This document shows positions 1-9,442 of a stretch of 64,000 nucleotides of DNA, piece after piece. Every line of letters begins with the position of its first letter. The stretch's first letter is position 1. The notes beneath the pieces are model-generated. The model was given only the letters and a program-made list of their open reading frames with translations. It did no database searches and had not been told where the DNA came from. Both the position numbers and the translations under genes were made by a program. The stretch is from Candidatus Binatia bacterium (GTDB lineage Bacteria; Desulfobacterota; Binatia; HRBIN30): positions 96,001 through 160,000 of the forward strand of contig JBBRSP010000004.1 of the NCBI GenBank assembly GCA_038245295.1, read 5' to 3'.

Positions 1-868
1 CCAGGAGGCCGCGCATCTGGTCGTCGAAGACGGCCATGCCGACGCGATCCGCAGAAACCAACGAAGCGTGCGCCAACGCGAGGGCGGCATCGATCGCGTA
101 GTCGAGCTTGGTGTGGTCGCCGACACGCCCGGCCATCAATCGGCTCGAGTCGACGGCAATCAGCACGACGTGGTTGCGTTCGTGTTGAAACAGTTTGGTG
201 ATCGGGCGGCCGCGCCGCGCACTCGCCGCCCAATCGACTCGCCGTGGGTCATCGCCGGGAACGTAGTCGCGCAGCGACTCGAACTCGAAGCCGTCACCGC
301 GCTGCGGCGCCGGCTTGGCGCCGAGGGACTGGAAGATTTTGTGCGGCTCGAGCGACGCGCCGCGCAAGTAACTCGCGGTGTCGGGATAGACCCGCAAGAC
401 TTCTCCTGGCGCGACAGACAACCGTCGCCGCCAAAGGTGCAAGGGCGACTCGACCCACACCCACAACGTCCCGAGGGCCCGATCACCGCGCGCCGTTGGG
501 CGCACGTGATAACGAACGATGGTGGACGCACCGGCCTCGACAGCAACGACACGTTGCGGATCGGTGACCAGCAAGTCATGAGGAACCTCGTCGAGAAGCT
601 CCGCACGGATGCGCCGATCCGTCGGGTTCGACACGACGACTTCGATGGTCGTCACACGTGTGAGGAAGGCGCGTTCCGGGAGTCGCCGCCGCACCTGCAG
701 CGCACCTTCGCTGAGCGCCAGCCACAGATCGACACTACAAAGGCCTGCAAAGCCGAGCCACGCCAGCAGCAGCAGCACCCATGTCGCCGGAACGACCACC
801 ACGACGAGCGCCGCGGCCACCAGGACGGCGCTACCGTACAGTAGACGTAGAGAGGGGAAGACCGTCAT
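1..868 (-). CDS. DUF58 domain protein (MoxR-associated), 3' end runs off the window
   Basis: Not in the ORF track; translated by hand from ATG 868 (ATGA overlap with the MoxR stop): MTVFPSLRLLYGS..., N-terminal TM, motifs GDGFEFESLRDYVPGDDPRRVDWAASAR and IAVDSSRLM. Confidence 0.9.
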   Translation of the reverse strand, partial: MTVFPSLRLLYGSAVLVAAALVVVVVPATWVLLLLAWLGFAGLCSVDLWLALSEGALQVRRRLPERAFLTRVTTIEVVVSNPTDRRIRAELLDEVPHDLLVTDPQRVVAVEAGASTIVRYHVRPTARGDRALGTLWVWVESPLHLWRRRLSVAPGEVLRVYPDTASYLRGASLEPHKIFQSLGAKPAPQRGDGFEFESLRDYVPGDDPRRVDWAASARRGRPITKLFQHERNHVVLIAVDSSRLMAGRVGDHTKLDYAIDAALALAHASLVSADRVGMAVFDDQMRGLL

Positions 869-1824
869 CGCGGTACGGCGATACCTCGCAGCACGTGGCG
901 CAACGCTTCGTCGACGTGCATACCTTCCACCTCGGCGCTGGCATCGAGGCGGACACGATGGCGCAGTGTCGCCAACCACATCTCCTGCACGTCTTCCGGG
1001 AGCACGTAGTCGCGTCCCTCCAAGGCGGCATTGGCCTTGGCAGCCCGCAACAACCACACACCGGCGCGCGGCGAAGCGCCGAGCACGAAGTTCGCGTCAC
1101 TGCGGGTGCTGCGGATGAGCGCGTTCACGTAGTCGAGAATCCCGTCGCGGACGATCACCTGATCCACCAACTGGCGCGTCTGCCGCAGTAAACTCGTATC
1201 GAGCACCGCCTCGACCAACTCCGCCGGCGGCGCATCAACATGATGGCGCAGCAGGATGGCTCGTTCCTCCTTCTCGCTCGGGTAGTCGACGACGATCTTG
1301 AACAGGAAGCGGTCGAGTTGTGCTTCGGGCAGCGGGTAGGTTCCCTCGTGCTCAATGGGGTTCTGCGTCGCAAACACGACGAAGTTTTCGCCGAGATCGT
1401 GGCGTGTGCCGTCGACCGTTGCGGAGCGTTCTTGCATCGCTTCGAGAAGGGCGGCCTGTGTCTTCGCCGAGGCGCGGTTGATCTCGTCGGCCAGCAGCAA
1501 GTCCGTGAACAACGGGCCCGGACGAAAACGTACCTGCGCCTCGCGCGAGTCGAAGATTGACGTGCCGATGATATCGCTGGGCATCAAGTCGGGCGTAAAT
1601 TGGACGCGACCAAAACGCAGGTCCAGCGCGCGGGCCAAGGTTTTAACCAGCAAAGTCTTGGCGACACCCGGCACACCTTCGATCAAGCTATGCCCGCCAC
1701 ACAGCAGCGTCAGGCATACCTGTCGCAACACCTCCTCCTGACCAACCACAACTTCACCTACACGTTGGCGCAGTCGTTGAAACGACTGCCCGATCAGCGT
1801 CATGTCTGCTACTTGCTCACTCAT
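865..1824 (-). CDS. MoxR-family AAA+ ATPase
   Basis: GVPGVAKT Walker A, RVQFTPDLMPSD, LLADEINR, ATQNPIEHEGTYPLPEAQLDRF. Confidence 0.95.
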   Translation of the reverse strand: MSEQVADMTLIGQSFQRLRQRVGEVVVGQEEVLRQVCLTLLCGGHSLIEGVPGVAKTLLVKTLARALDLRFGRVQFTPDLMPSDIIGTSIFDSREAQVRFRPGPLFTDLLLADEINRASAKTQAALLEAMQERSATVDGTRHDLGENFVVFATQNPIEHEGTYPLPEAQLDRFLFKIVVDYPSEKEERAILLRHHVDAPPAELVEAVLDTSLLRQTRQLVDQVIVRDGILDYVNALIRSTRSDANFVLGASPRAGVWLLRAAKANAALEGRDYVLPEDVQEMWLATLRHRVRLDASAEVEGMHVDEALRHVLRGIAVPR

Positions 1825-3049
1825 TCCCAGCCACCTCCCTGAAGATGCGATCCAAATGTTCCGCTTCGGCGCGCAGCTGCGTCAAATCACGGATCGGGCG
1901 TGACTGCTTCAAGGCGCGCAAATCGTCGCGACCCAGGCGGTGGCTCCGCGCCAGTTGCGTCAACAGGACGTGGTCGCGCGCGTCATGGCGCAACCGCAGA
2001 GCGCGTCGCAGTCGCGCCAGCGTCGTCACGCGGTACGCGGCGAGCACCGCATCGAGATCATCGCTGCGCCGATACAACGCCGCCAGGGAGTCGACAAAAG
2101 TTCCGAGAACGGGTGCGCGGCGATCGAGCTCAACGACACTCCGCCGTGGCAGCGCCCGGCCCTGCCACATGAACAACAAGCCCAGCAGGATCAAGCTGAG
2201 GAAAAGCGGCAAAGCGCTCGACTCGAGTAGATAAAGGAGCGCGCTGTCGTGTCGACGAAAGCCGCGCTGGCGCTCGTCGAGCAATGGCGTCCCGAAGATT
2301 TGCGCCAGACCTACCGCAAACACCGCATTATCGGCGCGGGCCAGGAGCTCGTTGAGGAGGAAGCGATCGTCGGCAACGACCACCAGACGGCCGTCACCCA
2401 CGACCTGCTCGATGACAAAGGCCTTCCCGGCGAGACTAGCCGCGACGTGCCAGGGCTCGGTGGCCTCGTCGAAGGTATCCAAGCCGGGGGAATCGAGGTT
2501 GTACTCGCCCAATTCCCCGAGCAGCGACTCACTCCGGATGTGTACGGCCTCGTTGGGATTGGGAGATCCCGCATCGAGCCGGCCATGGGACGGCGTCACC
2601 ATCGGCGTCGCCCGTGCCGCCTGTAGGATTGCCTCATGTTCCCGCGGTGCCTTCAGGGGCGCCGGTTTCTCGTCGGTGCGTAGCGGCAACCGTCGACCGG
2701 CAATGGATTCGCAGCTCTGCAAGGACGTTTTCTCCAAGAACACTACGGCAGTGCCACCACGTCCGAGCCACGCCGTCCCGGGCCACGCGGCACCGTGAAG
2801 GTCGTCGCAGATCCCCGGCGCACCAACCCACCAAAGAGTTGCGCTCTCGGGCAGTGCTGATGAAGGCGCATAGTTGCGAGTCGCGGCTATCTCGAGTTGG
2901 CGCAACAGTTCGAGCACGGCACCGTGGCCGCGCGGCGTGACGCCGAAGGAACTCTCGGTAAACTCGCGGCCCGACGGCTGAAAGAGGATACCCAGGACCA
3001 GCGCCACGAGAACCAGGACGAACGCCGAGAGACGAGCGCGCGGGCTCAC
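1817..3049 (-). CDS. DUF4350-type membrane protein
   Basis: GTG 3049 overlaps the upstream stop; N-terminal TM, GDGRLVVVADD..LLN..L..ADN motif, second TM; typical MoxR-cluster position. Confidence 0.75.
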   Translation of the reverse strand: MSPRARLSAFVLVLVALVLGILFQPSGREFTESSFGVTPRGHGAVLELLRQLEIAATRNYAPSSALPESATLWWVGAPGICDDLHGAAWPGTAWLGRGGTAVVFLEKTSLQSCESIAGRRLPLRTDEKPAPLKAPREHEAILQAARATPMVTPSHGRLDAGSPNPNEAVHIRSESLLGELGEYNLDSPGLDTFDEATEPWHVAASLAGKAFVIEQVVGDGRLVVVADDRFLLNELLARADNAVFAVGLAQIFGTPLLDERQRGFRRHDSALLYLLESSALPLFLSLILLGLLFMWQGRALPRRSVVELDRRAPVLGTFVDSLAALYRRSDDLDAVLAAYRVTTLARLRRALRLRHDARDHVLLTQLARSHRLGRDDLRALKQSRPIRDLTQLRAEAEHLDRIFREVAGNE

Positions 3050-3669
3050 TCGGCCTCCCGCAACATCTCGACGTGTAGATGCAAACGCCGCCATGCCTCA
3101 TAGAGCGTCGCGTCTTCCTGGCGATCACGAAACCATTGGCGTTCGAGTCGATTAACCAGAATGGTCATCTCGTCCCGCAAGGCTTCAGGAAGATCAGCCG
3201 TACGCAGCCGGCCACGCAACACACGGTTTGCATCGGAGCGTTGCAAATCGACGAGGCGGCGCCGCAGCAGCAGTTCAATCACGGCCAGCTGCACTTGGCG
3301 CGCCGCCGCCAGGAAATGCCCGGCTTGCGCCAGAGCCGCCGCGTCTTCGATCATCTCAGGCGCGGCAGTCGCCCCTAAGCCTCTTTTGTCGGCAGGTGGC
3401 CGGGCCGTCAGCGCCTGAACAATCGTGTAGCCGACGTGCACCAACAGCAGCAGGCTGATGAGCAGCAGCCCTGCCATGATGCTGTAGTAGAGATACGGCC
3501 GACTCGACTCGAAACTGTTGAGCCATCGGACCAGCTCGCGCAGCCAGCGCAGGACCCCTTGAAGTTCCCCGACGTCGAAAGAGCGCCATTCGGCATACGG
3601 CGAGCGTGAAAGGATGTAGTGCGCCGTCTGGCGGATGTGCTCGTCACGCGCGGGGTCGGCGGCCATCAT
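3046..3669 (-). CDS. DUF4129-type membrane protein
   Basis: TM followed by A..G.F..A.R motif and ERQWF; MoxR-cluster context. Confidence 0.7.
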   Translation of the reverse strand: MMAADPARDEHIRQTAHYILSRSPYAEWRSFDVGELQGVLRWLRELVRWLNSFESSRPYLYYSIMAGLLLISLLLLVHVGYTIVQALTARPPADKRGLGATAAPEMIEDAAALAQAGHFLAAARQVQLAVIELLLRRRLVDLQRSDANRVLRGRLRTADLPEALRDEMTILVNRLERQWFRDRQEDATLYEAWRRLHLHVEMLREAE

Positions 3670-3699
3670 CGTCGCGGCTCAGGATTCGTTGGCCTTGGC

Positions 3700-4470
3700 T
3701 CAGGCGACGAAGGGTCCGTCGGCTGCTGAACCATTCGTCGCCGCGGCGGCGCCGACGATCTCGGCGAGGTGCTGAATGTCGAACGCCTCCTTGCGACATC
3801 GGATGTCGTAATACAACACGACGGCAACGGCGCTGCTGAACATATGCTGCAAGACGGTGGGTATGGGGCCGAGGAATGCGCCCACCACAGGAATGGATCC
3901 TAGAATGGCGACGCCGGCACTCAGAACCAGAATGAGCAGCCCGGAGACGAACAGCACGCCCGACGCGCGTCCCATGTGTCCGCGCACCAACTCGCGACTA
4001 CGTCGCAATGCCGCCATCCCGAAGCGACGCTCGACGACGCACACCTGATTGCTCAGCATCAAAGCCATCATCAGATAGAGTCCGGGGATGACCAGCAAGA
4101 AGAAGCCGAAAGCCGTCATCAGGAAGGCGAGGATGGCGGTACCGATCAGGGGTAGAATGATTGCGATCGAGGTATTCAAGCTGTCGCGCGCCGATGGCGT
4201 GCGGCCAACAAACACTTCGGAGATCGCATACGTTATGGCAGCGCTGACAATCGGCGCGACGATCAGATAGCTCAACGCCGCACCGACCAAACCGAGGCTC
4301 AAGCCTACTCCCATGGCCGCGGGATTGCCTGGCGTCAAAATCTGGAAAGTAACCAGCACGGCGTACAGCGGCAGCGCAACCGTCGCGAGCAACGCGAAAT
4401 GATCCCGGCAAAGGCGAAACCCGAGATCGAGAATTTCACCGAACGAGCGGGCGCGAACTTCGTAACTCAT
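3700..4470 (-). CDS. Multi-pass membrane protein (GDPD membrane-anchor-like, MoxR cluster)
   Basis: RSFGEILDLGFRL, ALRRSRELVRG, LYYDIRCRKEAFD motifs; RBS GGGGAG before ATG 4470. Confidence 0.75.
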   Translation of the reverse strand: MSYEVRARSFGEILDLGFRLCRDHFALLATVALPLYAVLVTFQILTPGNPAAMGVGLSLGLVGAALSYLIVAPIVSAAITYAISEVFVGRTPSARDSLNTSIAIILPLIGTAILAFLMTAFGFFLLVIPGLYLMMALMLSNQVCVVERRFGMAALRRSRELVRGHMGRASGVLFVSGLLILVLSAGVAILGSIPVVGAFLGPIPTVLQHMFSSAVAVVLYYDIRCRKEAFDIQHLAEIVGAAAATNGSAADGPFVA

Positions 4471-4537
4471 CGACGATCTCCCCCTTGTCGGGTCGGAGTT
4501 ACTGGATTCGCCCCACCAACGCCAATGCAAACTTGCA

Positions 4538-5938
4538 TCAACCTGGGTGCACCATTTGCGCCGGCACAACCGCCTTGTCGAACGCGTCAGTCGTCATGAG
4601 GCCCAGCTCGACAACACTGTCGCGCAGGGTGAGGCCCTTCTCGTAAGCGTGTTTGGCCACTCTCGCTGCGTTGTCGTAGCCGATCAACGGGTTCAGAGCC
4701 GTTACCAACATCAGCGACTTGCGCAGCAGCTCGTCGACGCGTGCCGTGTCGACATCAAGCCCGACGATGCAATGGGCGCGGAACGAATCACACGCATCGG
4801 CGAGCAGGCCAATCGACTCCAAGACGTTATGGATGATCACCGGCTTGAAGACGTTGAGCTCGAAGTTGCCCTGCGAGCCTGCAATGGCGACGGCTGTGGC
4901 GTTGCCCATCACCTGCACACACACCATGGTGAGCGCCTCGCACTGGGTTGGATTGACCTTACCCGGCATGATCGAGCTACCCGGTTCGTTCTGCGGCAGC
5001 TTGAGCTCGCCGATGCCGCAGCGTGGACCGCAGCCGAGCCAGCGGATGTCATTGGCGATCTTCATCAGACCCGTGGCCGTGGCCTGCAACGCGCCGGACA
5101 GGAAGACCAAGGCGTCGTGCGCCGCCAGGCTGGCGAATTTGTTGGGAGCGGTTTTGAACGGCAGCCCGGTTTCCATGGCGATCTTGACGGCGACGCGCTT
5201 GGCGAAGGCGCGGGGCGCGTTGAGTCCGGTACCCACCGCCGTACCACCGAGGGCCAGTTCGTAAACCCCGGGCAGCGCATTCTTGACGGCGCGGCGCGCG
5301 TCCTTGAGTTGTTGCACGTAACCGGAGAACTCCTGCCCAATGGTCAACGGCGTCGCGTCCTGCAGATGCGTCCGACCGATTTTGACGATGCGTTTCCAGG
5401 CCACTGACTTCTTCGCAAGCTCGCCTTCGAGTTTTTCCAGCGCCGGGAGAAGGCGATGCGCCGCCTGCTCCGCCGCGGCAATGTGCATGGCGGTGGGAAA
5501 CGCATCGTTCGAAGATTGCGATCGATTGACGTGATCGTTCGGATGGATCGGCTTCTTGCTACCGAGCTGGCCGCCGAGAATCTGGATGGCGCGGTTGCTG
5601 ATGACTTCGTTGGCGTTCATGTTTGATTGCGTCCCGGAGCCGGTTTGCCAGACCACCAGAGGGAAGTGATCATCCCACGTACCGGCAACGACTTCATCGG
5701 CCGCACGCAGCATGGCTTGCTGCTGGCGCTTATTGAGCACCCCCAACTCGCCGAGCTCGATGTTCGTGAGTGCGGAGCACTTCTTGACGATTCCGAGGGC
5801 CCGAATCAGTGCCCGCGGGAAGCGATGGCCACCGATCTTGAAATGTTCGAGCGAGCGCTGCGTCTGCGCCCCGTAGAGCATCTCGCTTGGAACCTCGATC
5901 GCGCCGAAGGAATCTGTCTCCGTCCGAGTTGGCTTCAT
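4538..5938 (-). CDS. fumC: Class II fumarate hydratase
   Basis: [15 protein letters not shown] signature, [23 protein letters not shown]. Confidence 0.97.
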   Translation of the reverse strand: MKPTRTETDSFGAIEVPSEMLYGAQTQRSLEHFKIGGHRFPRALIRALGIVKKCSALTNIELGELGVLNKRQQQAMLRAADEVVAGTWDDHFPLVVWQTGSGTQSNMNANEVISNRAIQILGGQLGSKKPIHPNDHVNRSQSSNDAFPTAMHIAAAEQAAHRLLPALEKLEGELAKKSVAWKRIVKIGRTHLQDATPLTIGQEFSGYVQQLKDARRAVKNALPGVYELALGGTAVGTGLNAPRAFAKRVAVKIAMETGLPFKTAPNKFASLAAHDALVFLSGALQATATGLMKIANDIRWLGCGPRCGIGELKLPQNEPGSSIMPGKVNPTQCEALTMVCVQVMGNATAVAIAGSQGNFELNVFKPVIIHNVLESIGLLADACDSFRAHCIVGLDVDTARVDELLRKSLMLVTALNPLIGYDNAARVAKHAYEKGLTLRDSVVELGLMTTDAFDKAVVPAQMVHPG

Positions 5939-6035
5939 AGGGCTCCTTCGTACGCCACAACCGGGGCGCGACGCCACCCAGTGAATCCAGCCTCGGCTTG
6001 CCCGCGCGACCATGCCGGTGGTATCGCCGCACATC

Positions 6036-8354
6036 ATGCGACTCGAAGCCCCCCGTCAATCGAAGCATCGCGCCCGAAAGCGCGTGGTAGCTCTGTGCCT
6101 CCTCTTGTTCGTTGTCGCCGGCTGCGGCGACGACGGGGAATCGGCCCGCCGCGTCGACGAGCCATACATCCCGATCGCCGGTGCGCCGGTCACCTTTCAA
6201 CCAGCGGCCACCGGTGCGACGGCCTTCGGCGAGATCCCTTGGCCGAGTGATCTCTATCGTGACGCAACGAGCGCCAGTCTCAAGGCTGTGCCCGGGCTCG
6301 AGCGCGTCGCCCGCTTCCCCAACAAGCTCACCCAGGGTCTGGCAGCGCTAGACGGCTTCGGGCGATCAACCGGTGGGTTGTTCTTCTTGGACGACGCCGT
6401 TGATCCGCAGAGCTTGCCGTCCACCTGGAGCGCAGCGACCCAAGCGACAGCAAGCGCGTTCCTGGTCGACGTCGACGCGACATCGCCCCAACGCGGCAAA
6501 CGTTATCCAGCCTATGCCAAGTATCTCCCCTCGCTCGGCTGCGTGTCGGTGATCCCGGTGCCCGGGATCGTACTGCCTCCCGGACGACGGCATGCCGCCC
6601 TTCTCACAACCCGGGCTCGGGCGGCGGATGGCATGCCGTTGGTCGCCGACGTGGAGCTGCAGCGCATCGCGGCGTTGTCGGCGGCGCAGCGCCTAAGCGA
6701 AGTCGAGCGCCTTTACGGCGACGCGATGGAAACACTCGTGGAAACACAGGCGGTGGCGCACAAGAACGAGGTTGCTGGCCTTGCCGTGTTCACGACATCG
6801 CGGCGTGTTTTCGAGATGCCCGCGCTGCGTGCGCAATTACACGCGCAGCCGGCGCCGCAGCTCATTCTCACCGCAGCGGGGGCGGCACCTTACACGACGG
6901 CGGTGTTTGGCCGCACGGCAACCCCGTCGCTCGACGATTGGTTCGGCGACTCTCCGGAGCGCGACGAGAACGACCGAGAGTGGCCAGGCGGCGACAATCC
7001 CGGCGGCATTGCGCACGACCAGATCGGCGTGATCGCCTCCGGCGCGCTCGTGGCGCCGAGCTTTCTGAGTCGCTCGACGCATCACTTTGAACGCGCGGCC
7101 ACGAACAACAGCTTCATGATCGCCGACGCGAACGCAAAGATTCCCGTCACCATGGTGGTCCCGCGCGCCCCGGCACCGGCCGGCGGTTACCCGGTTGTGA
7201 TCCACGGGCACGGGCTCAGCAACCATCGCGGCAGCATGCTCGGCGTTGCCAACGAGCTGGCACGCGCCGGCTTTGTGATGATCGGCATCGACGACGTGCT
7301 GCACGGAGCGCGCCTCGGCATCCGCGATACCCACAACAACTTCGGCGGTGCCTATCAGGGGCCCGACGGCATCCCGGACGATGTTGGTTTGCCGATCGCC
7401 TTTTTCAGCGGCTTCAACGACTTCGTCGCGATCCGCGATAACTTCCGCCAATCGGTTCTCGACCACAGCAGCCTGGTACGCCTGATCCAGAATGCCAACC
7501 TCGACCTGACGGCATTGGCAGCGGCCAACGGCGGCGTGACGCCGAAGCTCGACTCGCAGCGGATTTATTGGAGTGGTGGTTCGCTCGGCGGCATCATGGG
7601 ATCGATGACCATCGCCATCGAACCGGAGATCCATGCGGCGGCGCTGCAAGTACCCGGTGCGGGCTTCATTCAATTCATCACCACCAGCTCAGCGCAGCTG
7701 GCCCCATTGGTGGCGCAGCTCGCCGATGGTGTCCTCGGCGTGCAAGGCAGCGAAGTCCTCGATGAGTTTCATCCGTTGGCAACGCTGCTTGGGGCAATTA
7801 CCGAAGCCGGCGACCCGATCGCCTACGCACCGCATGTGTTGCATGACCCATTGTCGCCGGAACGCAAACCGATCGACATCCTGGTCAGCTACGCAGCGTA
7901 CGATGAGGTCCTTCCAAACATCGCGACCGTTGCCCTGATACGCGCCTTCGGGCTTGCCTTGGCGTCACCCAACCTCGTCGAGTTGCCCGGTATCCCTACC
8001 CTGCCAGCACCCATCGTCGCGAATCTGGCGAGCGGCAAAACCGGAGCGGCAGTGCAGTATCTGCCGGCCAATCACGGCCTCGGCTACGCGCGCTTCGACA
8101 CACGCGAGTTTCTTCCCGGCTTCCCGAGTGATGGACCCGATCGCTTCCCGAAGCTGAAGAATAAATTCACCTTCGAGCAGCCGGTGCGCGAGCACCTGGC
8201 GCAACTTGTAACGTTCCTTGGTGAGGTAACCGGAGGCCGACCTGGCCGCATCGAGGTGACCAAGCCGGCGCGTCCGGACTACGACGGGGACGGCGTCCTC
8301 GACGCCGATGAGATGGCGCATGGGACGGATCCGGCGGATCCGGAGAGCCACTGA
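6036..8354 (+). CDS. Large secreted lipoprotein alpha/beta hydrolase (lipase-like)
   Basis: Lipobox [12 protein letters not shown], nucleophile elbow GGSLGG, C-terminal [12 protein letters not shown]a-binding-type repeat. Confidence 0.75.
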   Translation: MRLEAPRQSKHRARKRVVALCLLLFVVAGCGDDGESARRVDEPYIPIAGAPVTFQPAATGATAFGEIPWPSDLYRDATSASLKAVPGLERVARFPNKLTQGLAALDGFGRSTGGLFFLDDAVDPQSLPSTWSAATQATASAFLVDVDATSPQRGKRYPAYAKYLPSLGCVSVIPVPGIVLPPGRRHAALLTTRARAADGMPLVADVELQRIAALSAAQRLSEVERLYGDAMETLVETQAVAHKNEVAGLAVFTTSRRVFEMPALRAQLHAQPAPQLILTAAGAAPYTTAVFGRTATPSLDDWFGDSPERDENDREWPGGDNPGGIAHDQIGVIASGALVAPSFLSRSTHHFERAATNNSFMIADANAKIPVTMVVPRAPAPAGGYPVVIHGHGLSNHRGSMLGVANELARAGFVMIGIDDVLHGARLGIRDTHNNFGGAYQGPDGIPDDVGLPIAFFSGFNDFVAIRDNFRQSVLDHSSLVRLIQNANLDLTALAAANGGVTPKLDSQRIYWSGGSLGGIMGSMTIAIEPEIHAAALQVPGAGFIQFITTSSAQLAPLVAQLADGVLGVQGSEVLDEFHPLATLLGAITEAGDPIAYAPHVLHDPLSPERKPIDILVSYAAYDEVLPNIATVALIRAFGLALASPNLVELPGIPTLPAPIVANLASGKTGAAVQYLPANHGLGYARFDTREFLPGFPSDGPDRFPKLKNKFTFEQPVREHLAQLVTFLGEVTGGRPGRIEVTKPARPDYDGDGVLDADEMAHGTDPADPESH

Positions 8355-8363
8355 CGCAGCTAT

Positions 8364-8601
8364 TTACGCCGCAGCTCGAAGCCCGCGTGCCTGGTGGGTA
8401 TCGATGTGGGCCGCAAGCTGTCGGCCGAAGTCGCGCGACAGAGCCTCGGTCTTCGTATGGATCGAGAAGGATGCAACCTAGCGCCTCCTGGCGCAGATAG
8501 CGCAGCGCGTCTTCACCACCTGCCGCCGTGGCGACGCGGAACCCTGCCTTGCGCAGCCAGATCGACAGGATCAACCGAACATCGGCATTGGCGTCCACTA
8601 C
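8364..8601 (-). pseudogene. Truncated response-regulator receiver remnant
   Basis: VVDANADVRLILSIWLRKAGFRVATAAGGEDALRYLRQEALGCILLD is the N-half of a REC domain; similarity ends right after the phospho-Asp and there is no clear start. Confidence 0.6.
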
Positions 8602-8736
8602 CGAACGGCGGTTGGGTGAAATGCCCGTTCGCTGCACCCCGCCTCGCCCCCCGCAGGCTTGCACGGACGCATCGGCACGGCATATCTGCCGACCTACCAA
8701 GCGGCGAGCAATGCCAATCCTACGCGCCGAAGCTTG

Positions 8737-9330
8737 TCACGCCGCCGCTGTGAGCGCCGTGTAGATCGTACGCTTCGGAGCGGCGCAGACGCGGTGTAGC
8801 ATCGGCTCGAAGAACGACAGGGGCGCCGTCTCGGCTTTCGGGTTGAAGGCCGGGCCGTCGTACCTGGAACAAAACTCGGCGGTGGACTCGAAGTTGGGAT
8901 GGCCGCGGAACTGCTCGCGCATGTCGCGATCCATGCCGAGGTGGTGAAAGAAGTAGTAGCCCTGAAAGATGCCGTGCTTCTCGACCATCCAGAGGTTCTG
9001 TTCGGACACAAACGGCTTGAGAATCGCCGCGGCGATGTCGGGGTGATTGAACGAGCCAAGCGTATCGCCGATGTCGTGCAACAGGGCACAGACGATGTAC
9101 TCTTCGTCGCGTCCATCACGATGCGCCAGCGTCGCCGTCTGCAACGAATGCGTCAGACGATCGACCGGGAAGCCGCCGTAGTCGCCGTCCAGCAGCCGCA
9201 GGTGTGCGAGCAGACGGTCTGGCAGGCCCTGCGAGAAGCGAATGAACTCGGCGCCGATCGCCATCCAGTCCGTCTGCGTGCTCGCTTCCATCGAGGTGAA
9301 CTCTGCGCGTGGTGCCGATACGTCGCTCAT
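8737..9330 (-). CDS. HD-domain phosphohydrolase-family protein
   Basis: HSLQTATLA...CALLHDIGD, NHPD, EKHGIFQ; RBS AAGGAG before ATG 9330. Confidence 0.85.
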   Translation of the reverse strand: MSDVSAPRAEFTSMEASTQTDWMAIGAEFIRFSQGLPDRLLAHLRLLDGDYGGFPVDRLTHSLQTATLAHRDGRDEEYIVCALLHDIGDTLGSFNHPDIAAAILKPFVSEQNLWMVEKHGIFQGYYFFHHLGMDRDMREQFRGHPNFESTAEFCSRYDGPAFNPKAETAPLSFFEPMLHRVCAAPKRTIYTALTAAA

Positions 9331-9442
9331 TGAGTGTCTCCTTGGCGCCTCGCCCTGCGTGGCCGAGGCGCCCGAGCGTCCATACAGTGACAGCACTTCC
9401 GGGTCCACTCTCCTTTGCCTGAATCGTTCTCCGCGCGATGCG

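Noticed and set aside
68..844. Long antisense or alternate-frame ORFs (e.g. 68-844, 10982-12070, 47664-48956, 51357-52421)
   Set aside because: Shadows of well-supported genes on the opposite strand, expected at high GC.
1..4470. MoxR cluster as a novel system
   Set aside because: The MoxR-DUF58-DUF4350-DUF4129 arrangement is a widespread known neighbourhood.
7992..8012. IPTL sequence in the lipase as an exosortase sorting signal
   Set aside because: Internal position, not followed by a TM helix and basic tail.
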